A stretch of 64,000 nt of DNA, taken from an uncultured Acidobacteriota bacterium (GTDB lineage: Bacteria; Acidobacteriota; Thermoanaerobaculia; Multivoradales; UBA5704). Location of the stretch: assembly GCA_963732005.1 (NCBI GenBank), contig CAVSXT010000005.1, positions 2,057,315-2,121,314 of the forward strand, read 5' to 3'. Every line of letters starts with the position of its first letter. Position 1 is the first letter of the stretch. Under the pieces are notes generated by a model, which did not search any database, was not told where the DNA came from, and worked only from the letters and a program-made list of their open reading frames with translations. A program made the position numbers and the translations under genes. This document shows, piece after piece, positions 45,501 to 52,114 of this stretch.

Positions 45501-45544
45501 GACCAGGGGGCGACAGTGACCTGCCTGCAGGCAGTGCCGGGCAC
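42512..45544 (-). CDS. CHAT-domain (caspase-like peptidase) protein with a long helical/TPR-like N-terminal region
   Basis: C-terminal CHAT domain IVHLAAHVL...LVVLSSCRAAGS...GLVEAFLATGVPAVVAALGSVDD with a His/Cys dyad. GTG start at the ORF track position; the true start is uncertain. Confidence 0.75.
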   Translation of the reverse strand: MPGTACRQVTVAPWSSCSTERARLRDALARPLASGPWFAGGVLAEPLAAGALVAPATGSEIAALHAIERRATQAPSADALADLGVARAVLGHHRLAEAALRHAAAMSPRNACILNDLGAFYLTHLTALDGPGRLAALDAIETALELSPLLPEARVNWTLALHAAFLAAPEAVSPSLTDGAVGARGLAGDPTAAWPSALARFEACPLPCAEANVLISSFPREMRKLAEERLLPRWAEAVQRGQDAAAARLLDLMTRIGQSVAACCSDSMLVEATALLRQAEPRRLPSLARSVSQVAAGLTTCQVNEGKRGEALLVPAARQLARTVPALAWWAEYGRGLCAYQSGHFGSAITILTALDRDLHGRYPSLRLRLLWLRGASLSHSGRNGDCLRDYHDAQVLAQHSGALAERAGVALNLYESLWLLGQRPAAWPWLYQGSRLAVQAGDPRRLIVAYATLCQAAQDSNLPHAALAFADRLVERSGPSLGQAGAAYALLTRARARAALGRKASALQDLKAAEGAAAALADPDSRRQWLADIWTERGHLLLKTAPVKAATELARATAVAQALHDAVRLIHFLTELAFAQTANHDSAAAAASLHKALLEVEAQRVHLDAGESRTAFLSQSRTVYDQWMSTSIEAHATPAALFAIADEARARALRDTLHLPAADAGLTHRLDRARALVEFAVLPHQLLIWVMTKGRIRFHIESIAAADLETWVQFLDSGPQDAREALRKLSSVLIDPIAPDIFGVTTLLVSPDKSLRRVPFAALAGPAGQPLVADHEVVIVPSAALADPRGATSGQALASAFVLGDPRLDAAIFSFLEPLPSARREATAIADLYRPNSVLSLGQDATAAAFSRGFGRFAIVHLAAHVLADDQQPDLSLLPLARASTEDKVALSAGDIRRLAAGRTRLVVLSSCRAAGSQDTEGSRGLVEAFLATGVPAVVAALGSVDDASAEQFFARFYRRLRSAEGPAAALRNTQLELLHGRDPVLHEVAAWGGFQLFQVATTERRISR

Positions 45545-45732
45545 CGCAAATGCCGCAAGCAGACAGACCCAGCGAATGAGACTGGTCAGATCAGCCTCCT
45601 GTAAAACGACAGCCCGAGTCGCTGCGCGGAGCGGAAGGGGCGGAGATGTTTGGCGTCCACCGTTCTTCTCCTCTGACGTGCTTAGACGGCCGTGCCGGCG
45701 TTTTTTCGCGGGTGCGGCGCGCAGACCTCTGA

Positions 45733-47199
45733 CTACGGCTCCCTGACAACGAAAAAGAACGGGTCAATGGATGGCTGCACGGGGTAACCTGCGAGGTCCG
45801 TCAGGACATGCCGTTTCCAGTCGACGTTACGTAAATACCTGACCTTGACGTGCTTGGGGATCTTGGTGGGGTCAGGGTTGTTATAGGCGGAGAAGATGCC
45901 GTAGAAATCCTTCCCGACTGCGATCAGGTGGTCGTAATCGCCGAGCGTGTTGTTGCCTTGGCAGGAGCCTGGAACATCCTGCGTGTTCGCCAGCATTTCG
46001 TGGACGGCTGGCGCGGTAGCGAAGCGGTTGTCCGAGATCTCGATGTGGGTTTCCCAGTAGTGGCTACCAGGAGTGCCGGTAAGCTTCTGGTAGAGGAAGC
46101 CGACCTGCCCCAGGTTGTTGACCGCAAGCGCCGGATTGGTAGCAGCGACGACCTGCCGTAGATCATGACTCCATCGGGCACCGCCGTCATACGAGGAGCG
46201 GAGATGCAGAGTGAAGGTGTCAGCGGTGGTGCCGTCAGCCCAGGCGATGTATAAAATCTTGCTCTTGCCTCGCCGCGGATCGACGGCGAGCGCGAGGTTG
46301 CCGCGGACCCTCTGAGTGCCGAGATACAGGTTGGGGAGCGAGATAGCGACAGCGCAAGCCGCGCAGACGCCGGGGACACCTCCCGCGCTAATTGCCTGAT
46401 AGGGATTCGATGCAGCCCCCCAGGCGTCGTCTCTGACGACGATCACATCGGCGATCGCGGGAGGTATGCACGACCTCGGATGCAAGAAGGCCAGGTACAC
46501 AGTGCCGTTAGGATGAATCGCCGGACGAATGGAAGTGCCGTCCATGCACCCGAGGGTCCGGGCATCGAGAGATAGGGGGCCGACAAAGTTGTCCAGCGGC
46601 GGGGCTTTCGCCGCGTCGAGTGATTGCTCGACGGCCGCTGACCGGTAGTAAGGTGCATCGAGGTTGTTGTAACCTACGTAAACGCGGTCGACGCCAGGGT
46701 TCAGGGCGGTCGCCTCCTCGACGTCGGGCTGGTCGCCGTCTTGGATCTGGATGAGATCGGTCATCGCGCCAGGCGCCAGTAAGTTGACCTGGCGTAGCAG
46801 GTCGACCTTCTTGTTGTCGTTACGCAGGATGCCCGCGTAAAGAACGCCAGAGGTTTGGGAAAATCGCAAGGTGATGTCGCACATGGCGGACCCGCCCGGC
46901 AAGACGCCCGGCAAGACAACGTTGAGAAGCCAGGTCATGCCGCCGTCGGTCGAGACGAAGATCGGCGCCTCGCTCGATTCGAGAGGGTCGGGTGTTAGGG
47001 CAGATGCTGCCATCTGAAGAGGGTTTGCCGGGTTGACCGCGATGCTCGGCTCGGCGTCGCAGTTGGATTCTCCACTTAGAGACCGCGGGATGACGTCGAC
47101 CACCTGGATCGTCGGAAGATGAGCACAGTGCAGCCCGAGCAGACTCAGAAGGAGGAGCAACCAGTTCTGCGGTGCCGCGAGAGGCGAGGGCCTCGTCAT
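45733..47199 (-). CDS. Secreted BNR/Asp-box repeat protein (sialidase-fold-like)
   Basis: Signal peptide MTRPSPLAAPQNWLLLLLSLLGLHCAH and Asp-box motifs STDGGMTW and SYDGGARW. Confidence 0.65.
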   Translation of the reverse strand: MTRPSPLAAPQNWLLLLLSLLGLHCAHLPTIQVVDVIPRSLSGESNCDAEPSIAVNPANPLQMAASALTPDPLESSEAPIFVSTDGGMTWLLNVVLPGVLPGGSAMCDITLRFSQTSGVLYAGILRNDNKKVDLLRQVNLLAPGAMTDLIQIQDGDQPDVEEATALNPGVDRVYVGYNNLDAPYYRSAAVEQSLDAAKAPPLDNFVGPLSLDARTLGCMDGTSIRPAIHPNGTVYLAFLHPRSCIPPAIADVIVVRDDAWGAASNPYQAISAGGVPGVCAACAVAISLPNLYLGTQRVRGNLALAVDPRRGKSKILYIAWADGTTADTFTLHLRSSYDGGARWSHDLRQVVAATNPALAVNNLGQVGFLYQKLTGTPGSHYWETHIEISDNRFATAPAVHEMLANTQDVPGSCQGNNTLGDYDHLIAVGKDFYGIFSAYNNPDPTKIPKHVKVRYLRNVDWKRHVLTDLAGYPVQPSIDPFFFVVREP

Positions 47200-47250
47200 G
47201 ATGATCTCTCGTGTCACGAAAGTGCGTCGGGCAGAAGGCCGGCGTGTCGA

Positions 47251-48078
47251 TCAGTTGGTCTGAACCGCGATGATCGAGCGGATCTGCTCGAGCCGGTCCA
47301 GCGACAGGACATCGAGTTCGTCAAGGGCCGTCAGTCCGAGTAGGTGCAGCACCGGCATCCCTCTCTCCTTTTGGTCGCGCTGCAAGATCAGGATCTGCAC
47401 GGTTCCTGTGCGCAACTTGGGTGAGGCCCGCCACAGCAAGTCCGTGCTGTTGGGAAAGAGGACGTGCAAGGCGGACGGCGGCTCGCCCATAAGGACGGAG
47501 TGGACTTCGATCGTAGCCACCCACCAATCGGGGTCGTGCTCAGCGATGAGGGGCGGGGCGCCGTATGACGACGCGGGGCAGGTCGCCTTGACGGTACCTA
47601 CGACGATAAGCTGGGCGCGGGCGACGCGATCGCGGAGCTGGGCGGCGAACGCCCTGTTCTCGGCATCGCGGATCCGCGCTGGAAGGCTCGCGCCCTCCGT
47701 GGGGTTCATGTGGTATATCTCAACTACGGCCAAGGTGTCGCCGAAGAGCCAGCTGCGAGTCAAGAAGATCGCGGCATCTCCGATTTTGAGGAGCGAGTCG
47801 CCCTTGAGCCTCACGGTGACGCGTTTTCCTTTCAGGGAATAGTATGGCCCCGCCACTGGCCGATAAACTTGGTCTACTTGGATCACCGCTGTACGAGAGT
47901 CGACGGGGAAGGCCGGTTCGGTCGCAGTTCCAATTGCCTTCACGGTGCCTTGGAATATGAACTGCGACCGGCTCAGCAGCGCATCAAGACCTTGGGCGCC
48001 CGCGAGCGCGGAAAGAGAAAGAGCCAAGGTGCCGAGGAGCGAGAGCTGGCGTGCTGTTGAGCAGCGTGACACCGCCAT
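47251..48078 (-). CDS. Secreted hypothetical protein
   Basis: Internal ATG followed by the signal peptide MAVSRCSTARQLSLLGTLALSLSALAGAQG. No family recognised. Confidence 0.5.
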   Translation of the reverse strand: MAVSRCSTARQLSLLGTLALSLSALAGAQGLDALLSRSQFIFQGTVKAIGTATEPAFPVDSRTAVIQVDQVYRPVAGPYYSLKGKRVTVRLKGDSLLKIGDAAIFLTRSWLFGDTLAVVEIYHMNPTEGASLPARIRDAENRAFAAQLRDRVARAQLIVVGTVKATCPASSYGAPPLIAEHDPDWWVATIEVHSVLMGEPPSALHVLFPNSTDLLWRASPKLRTGTVQILILQRDQKERGMPVLHLLGLTALDELDVLSLDRLEQIRSIIAVQTN

Positions 48079-48398
48079 CGTTCGCCCCCGCGCTCGACTC
48101 CTGGATTGTGGGGCACCCATGCGAGTCTCCGATGGCGACGGCCGTGAGTGTCGCGGGGCCGGAGAGGGGCGGATGCTCAGTCTGCCCCGATGGTGGAAGA
48201 GTCTACGAGGCAGTCCGACTGAGGGCAAGCATTTTGATGCATTGCGATATCGACAAATGAGGTGGTTCTTACAGTCCGGATCGGCGGTGGAGCAGGAAGG
48301 CGAGGCTGCCATAGGCGCTCACTTCGATCGCTCAAGGAGGCGATCGATGAAGAAATGCGGCAGCGTGCACGGCGACGCCATTTGCGAGGAAAATAACC

Positions 48399-48782
48399 AT
48401 GCCCGACAGAACCAAGAAGACCCCAAGAGCGAACACCACTGTGAAGAGCGAAGAGCGGAACCTGTTTCGCGAATTGATGTCTGGCGTGAAGGCGATGCAG
48501 CAACACCGCGAAGGGCGACTCACCTTGCGGAGCCACCACGTCCTGCCGATCACGCTTCCTCCCTTGAATCCGCAGCTCGTGCGCGACACGCGTGAAGCGT
48601 TGCACATGTCACGACAGGTGTTTGCGTTGAAGCTGGGCGTGAAGCCCCGCACGCTCGAACGCTGGGAGCAAGGACGTAGCAAACCAAACGAGCAGGCGGC
48701 AGCACTGATCTGGTTGGTGCGGAAATATCCGGACACTCTCGAGCGTATCGAGTCCCTGAGTGTTGGTGAGAGCAAGGCCTGA
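48399..48782 (+). CDS. XRE-family HTH protein, COG2944/HigA-MqsA-like antitoxin-type regulator (no cognate toxin identified)
   Basis: TREALHMSRQVFALKLGVKPRTLERWEQGRSKPNEQAAALIWLVRKYPDTLERI is characteristic of this antitoxin family. The start is uncertain (no Shine-Dalgarno sequence at 48399). Confidence 0.6.
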   Translation: MPDRTKKTPRANTTVKSEERNLFRELMSGVKAMQQHREGRLTLRSHHVLPITLPPLNPQLVRDTREALHMSRQVFALKLGVKPRTLERWEQGRSKPNEQAAALIWLVRKYPDTLERIESLSVGESKA

Positions 48783-48820
48783 ATGAGTGAGGGTTGCGGG
48801 CATGAGCGCGGCCGTGGCCT

Positions 48821-49879
48821 CTACGCCAGGATCTGCTCGATGCAGGCTGCCGCGCCGGGCAGCTGCCGGTACTCGAGGCAGCGTGACCGCTGGCGCTCGC
48901 GCAGCTCTTCCAGGTCTTGACGCAACGCACCGAACGCTGCGGCGGCCGCCTCCGGGTTGGCGCACCGCAGGTGGCGAAACTCGAGGGGCACGGGGTCGGG
49001 CGGCAGGACCGCGCCAGCGGCGACACGCAGCAGATTTCCGGGGACCGGGCCGGGCCTGCCCGGGCGCGGCAGGGCGGCCGGATCCACCAGAGCGAGCGGG
49101 ACGCCCATGGCCGCCGCGCGAGCGGCCAGGACGGAGCGGCAGTTGGCGGTGATCAGGAGGTCGTGGCGCGCGACCTCGGCCTCGAGCTCGCCGTAGGGGA
49201 GGTCCTCTCGGATGACCCGCGCCTGGCGAAGAAACGGCAGGGAGGGGTCGAGCGGGCTCAGCACACTGAGCTCGACGTCGAGCTGGGAAAGACCTTGGAA
49301 GGCCAGGCGCTCGGCGGCCGGAAATTCCGGAAAGGCATGCATCCAGGGCGCGGCCGCCCACAGCCAGCGGTGGTGGCGCCGCGGGCGGCCCGCCCTCGCG
49401 CCGGCCGAGAACACGAGCTGTTCCGCACGGGGCGCCTCGCCGTAGGTGAAGGGCCGCGGCAGGATGACCGCGACGCCGGGCGGGAGCGGGCAGACGAAGG
49501 AATCGCCGCAAGGATCCAGCGCCGCGATGCGGACGCCGGCCGCCTGCCAGAGCGCCAGCAGCGCCTGGGTCAGCTGGGGGAAGATCGGCACCTGGAAGAA
49601 GGCGCGAAAGCTCGCCAGCACGATGAGGTCGGGAGCACGATCCATCGGGCGCACCTCGACGTCGAGGCCGCTCTGCCCGCGCTGCTTTTCGAGCAGGGCA
49701 AACCCGCGCAGGCGGCGCAGCAGACCGTCGACCCGGGGATGCGGGTCCCAGGCGCGGAGCAGCTCCGCATAACGGATCCGAAAACGTTCCCTGGACAAGC
49801 CCCGCGCCAGCCGGATGAGCGCCGTCAGCTCGCCGATGCTCCCCGCCATGAGGTGAGTGCTGGTCGAGGGGAAGACCAT
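48821..49879 (-). CDS. Putative GT-B fold glycosyltransferase (MurG/GT28/MGT-like)
   Basis: Two-lobe pattern: an N-terminal domain (MVFPSTSTHLMAGSIGELTALIRLARGL) and a C-terminal nucleotide-sugar lobe (DLLITANCRSVLAARAAAMGVPLALV). Weak assignment. Confidence 0.45.
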   Translation of the reverse strand: MVFPSTSTHLMAGSIGELTALIRLARGLSRERFRIRYAELLRAWDPHPRVDGLLRRLRGFALLEKQRGQSGLDVEVRPMDRAPDLIVLASFRAFFQVPIFPQLTQALLALWQAAGVRIAALDPCGDSFVCPLPPGVAVILPRPFTYGEAPRAEQLVFSAGARAGRPRRHHRWLWAAAPWMHAFPEFPAAERLAFQGLSQLDVELSVLSPLDPSLPFLRQARVIREDLPYGELEAEVARHDLLITANCRSVLAARAAAMGVPLALVDPAALPRPGRPGPVPGNLLRVAAGAVLPPDPVPLEFRHLRCANPEAAAAAFGALRQDLEELRERQRSRCLEYRQLPGAAACIEQILA

Positions 49880-49907
49880 GAGCACCCACGGACGGCGTCG
49901 CCGGCCC

Positions 49908-50729
49908 TCAGGAGATCGTCGTGACATGCGGTTGGAGCAGACCTGCGATCGTCCCCTCGAGCGCCAGCAGCGGCGGCCGGCCCGCCTCGCGATGCCGCCG
50001 CCGCGCCTCGACCAGCGAGGCCAGCAGCGCATCCTCGGCGGTGTTGAGATTGAGATGGATCTCGCGAAACTCGAGGGCCTCGGCCCGCGCCCCGCGAGCG
50101 AGCAGCCACGACAGCAGATCGCCGAGATGCGGGTGGCGCCGCACCAGGTCGGGCGGCACGCCGTCGAGCAGCCCGGCGCCGAATCCCACGCAACCGCACC
50201 AGCGGGTGCTGCCGGCCAGCTGGCCGGCGGCCGGCTTCTCGCGCACGCTCAGCACGCGGCCGGCAGCGTCGGTCACCACGTTGCACAGGATCCTGTGCGA
50301 CTCCGAGTCGCGCACGACGCCCACCAGCAGATCGGGCGCCGCCGCCCGCCCGGCCAGCGCGCGGAACGGCGACGAGTCTTCGTAGTACTCGTCGCCGAGG
50401 AGCACGAGCGCCGCATCTCCTGCCAGCCACGGCGCCAGCGACAGCAGGCCCAGGATCGGACCGAGGGGCTCGGCTTCGGCCACGCAGGAGATGGTCACTC
50501 CCGTCGGCGGCGTGTAGAGGGCGAGCGCCGAGCGCACGCTGCCGGCGAAGGTCGCCGAGGTCGCAACCAGGATCTCGGCGACGCCCGCCTCGGCACACTG
50601 CTCGATCTGGCGCATCAGGAGCGGCTGGTCGAAGACCGGCAGCAGGCACTTGGGCAGCACCTGGCCCAGGGTGCCGAGGCGGGAGCCCCTGCCCCCGGCC
50701 AGGATGACCGCCCGCGGATACGGGACCAT
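49908..50729 (-). CDS. Sugar-1-phosphate nucleotidylyltransferase (NTP_transferase, RmlA/GlmU-like)
   Basis: RAVILAGGRGSRLGTLGQVLPKCLLPV signature. ATG at the complement of 50727-50729 (the TTG called in the track lies 9 nt upstream). Confidence 0.8.
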   Translation of the reverse strand: MVPYPRAVILAGGRGSRLGTLGQVLPKCLLPVFDQPLLMRQIEQCAEAGVAEILVATSATFAGSVRSALALYTPPTGVTISCVAEAEPLGPILGLLSLAPWLAGDAALVLLGDEYYEDSSPFRALAGRAAAPDLLVGVVRDSESHRILCNVVTDAAGRVLSVREKPAAGQLAGSTRWCGCVGFGAGLLDGVPPDLVRRHPHLGDLLSWLLARGARAEALEFREIHLNLNTAEDALLASLVEARRRHREAGRPPLLALEGTIAGLLQPHVTTIS

Positions 50730-50843
50730 GGGCGCCAACGGTAGCCGCTGCTCGCTCCCGCCGCAAGTCCGGGGAAATGCTAAGGTGCCGGCGTACGCGG
50801 CGATTTCGCGGCGATCCTGCCGCTACCCGCGACGCAATGTTCC

Positions 50844-51773
50844 ATGAGGTCGACGCATGGAGGACGGCGAGCTGGTCGAGGTCGCTGCCGAAGGGCGCCC
50901 GGCTCGCCTGCCCGGCGAGGACCACAGCGGCCATGGCAGCCTGGTCAGCCCGGCTATTTCGCCGCGCTGAAGATCCCGCTGCTCGCCGGCCGGACCTTCA
51001 GCGAGCGCGACGACCGCAAGAGCCTGCCGGTGACCATCCTTGGCCGTTTCGCGGCGGCCCGCCTCTGGCCGGGACAGAATGCGGTCGGCCGGCGCGTCAC
51101 CTTCGGCCGGATCCCGAGCCGGCCGGACGCGCCATGGTGGACGGTGATTGGAGTGGTGGGCGACGTGCGCGACACCGACCTCGCCGTCGCGCCGGAGATG
51201 GAGGTCTACATCCCGCAGCTGCAGCTTCCGGTCGGGACCTCGACGCTGGTCGTGCGCGCCGCGGGCGACCCGCGGAGACTGGTCGGACCGATCCGCCGCG
51301 CCATCCGGAGGCTCGACGCGGACCTGCCGCTCGACAAGGTGCAGACCCTGGCGCGGGTCGTCTCGTCGGCGCTCGCCGGCCGGCGCGTCAGGACCTGCCT
51401 GCTGGGCATCCTTGCCGCCCTGGCGCTGGTGCTGGCGGTCGTCGGGGTCTACGCGCTGGTCAGCGGCTCGGTCGGCGAGCGGGTGCACGAGATCGGCATC
51501 CGCATGGCCCTGGGCGCCAGGGGCGACGAGGTGGTGCGAATGATCGTTCGGCAGGGGATGCGGCTGGTCGCCGCCGGCCTGCTGCTCGGGCTGGCGGGTG
51601 CCTATGCTTTCAGCCGGCTGCTGGCAGGCCAGGTCTACGAGGTCGCGGTCGCGGACCCGTGGACCTACCTCGGCGCGGCGGGGTTTCTCGCGGCCTTTGC
51701 CTTGCTCGCCAACTGGCTGCCGGCGCGGCGGGCGAGCCGCGTCGATGCGCTCGAGGCAATGCGCTGCGAGTGA
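50844..51773 (+). pseudogene. Truncated FtsX/MacB-type ABC permease: only the C-terminal roughly 270 aa; the N-terminal TM helix and most of the periplasmic domain are missing
   Basis: The protein-like sequence starts abruptly at ...PGYFAALKIPLLAGRTFSERDD and continues through the FtsX 3-TM bundle (VHEIGIRMALGARGDEVVRMIV...). The first 37 codons of the ORF are Arg/Gly junk. There is no upstream partner. Confidence 0.55.
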
Positions 51774-51785
51774 AGACAAGCAGCG

Positions 51786-51830
51786 CCGGCCCGCCCTCGA
51801 TCCCGGAGGCGGGAGCGGGAGCGGGCCGGC
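51786..51830. terminator. GC-rich hairpin (GCCGGCCCGC ... GCGGGCCGGC) between convergent transcription units; a possible bidirectional terminator
   Basis: 10-bp perfect inverted repeat read directly. No clear U-tract, so the call is tentative. Confidence 0.3.
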
Positions 51831-51905
51831 GGTCTGCCGTTGCAATGGGCCGTTGCCGCGTCTGCAGGCGGTTCCTTCAACGAAGCCGCTGCGGTACGGT
51901 GCGGG

Positions 51906-52052
51906 TCAGGGCTTGCAGGGTTCGGTGTGCCCCGAGGGCGTGAGGTTGCAGGAGCCCCCGGCGATCTCCGCCAGATCCAGGTCTCTCGCCGGGGTGATCA
52001 GATTCAGCACGGTCTCTTTCGACAGGACCAACTGCTTCTTCCTTTTCTTCAC
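51906..52052 (-). CDS. Small ORF (48 aa) resembling a RiPP/bacteriocin precursor peptide: Lys-rich N-terminus, double-glycine-type leader (DLDLAEIAGG) and a Cys/Ser/Thr/Pro-rich 15-aa core (SCNLTPSGHTEPCKP)
   Basis: Hand translation of the minus strand: GTG(52052) AAG AAA AGG ... TGA(51906-51908) gives MKKRKKQLVLSKETVLNLITPARDLDLAEIAGGSCNLTPSGHTEPCKP. AAAGGGG Shine-Dalgarno sequence 5 nt upstream. An AT-rich promoter-like stretch (TTCAAC...TATAGCATAAG) lies immediately upstream. Not in the ORF track (below 60 aa). Confidence 0.55.
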   Translation of the reverse strand: MKKRKKQLVLSKETVLNLITPARDLDLAEIAGGSCNLTPSGHTEPCKP

Positions 52053-52114
52053 GTTCGCCCCTTTCTTATGCTATACGACTGTTGAACTAGCCTCTTATAC
52101 ATCGTTTCCATGGT

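Noticed and set aside
45640-45670. GTTTTTTCG T-run preceded by small GC palindromes, as a rho-independent terminator
   Set aside because: The T-run is on the plus strand, but both flanking genes are on the minus strand. It is not positioned to terminate either transcript.
47945-48595. 216-aa plus-strand ORF spanning the 3' end of the secreted-protein gene and the 5' end of the HTH gene
   Set aside because: Its composition is low-complexity and it has no motifs. Most of it is antisense to a signal-peptide-bearing gene. Only the internal ATG at 48347 with a strong ribosome-binding site is kept as an open question.
52059-52111. Tiny 20-codon ORF (METMYKRLVQQSYSIRKGRT) whose TGA overlaps the GTG of the candidate precursor peptide
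   Set aside because: It is too short and has no ribosome-binding site. It more likely reflects the AT-rich promoter region than a leader peptide. It is noted only because an upstream ORF there could be regulatory.
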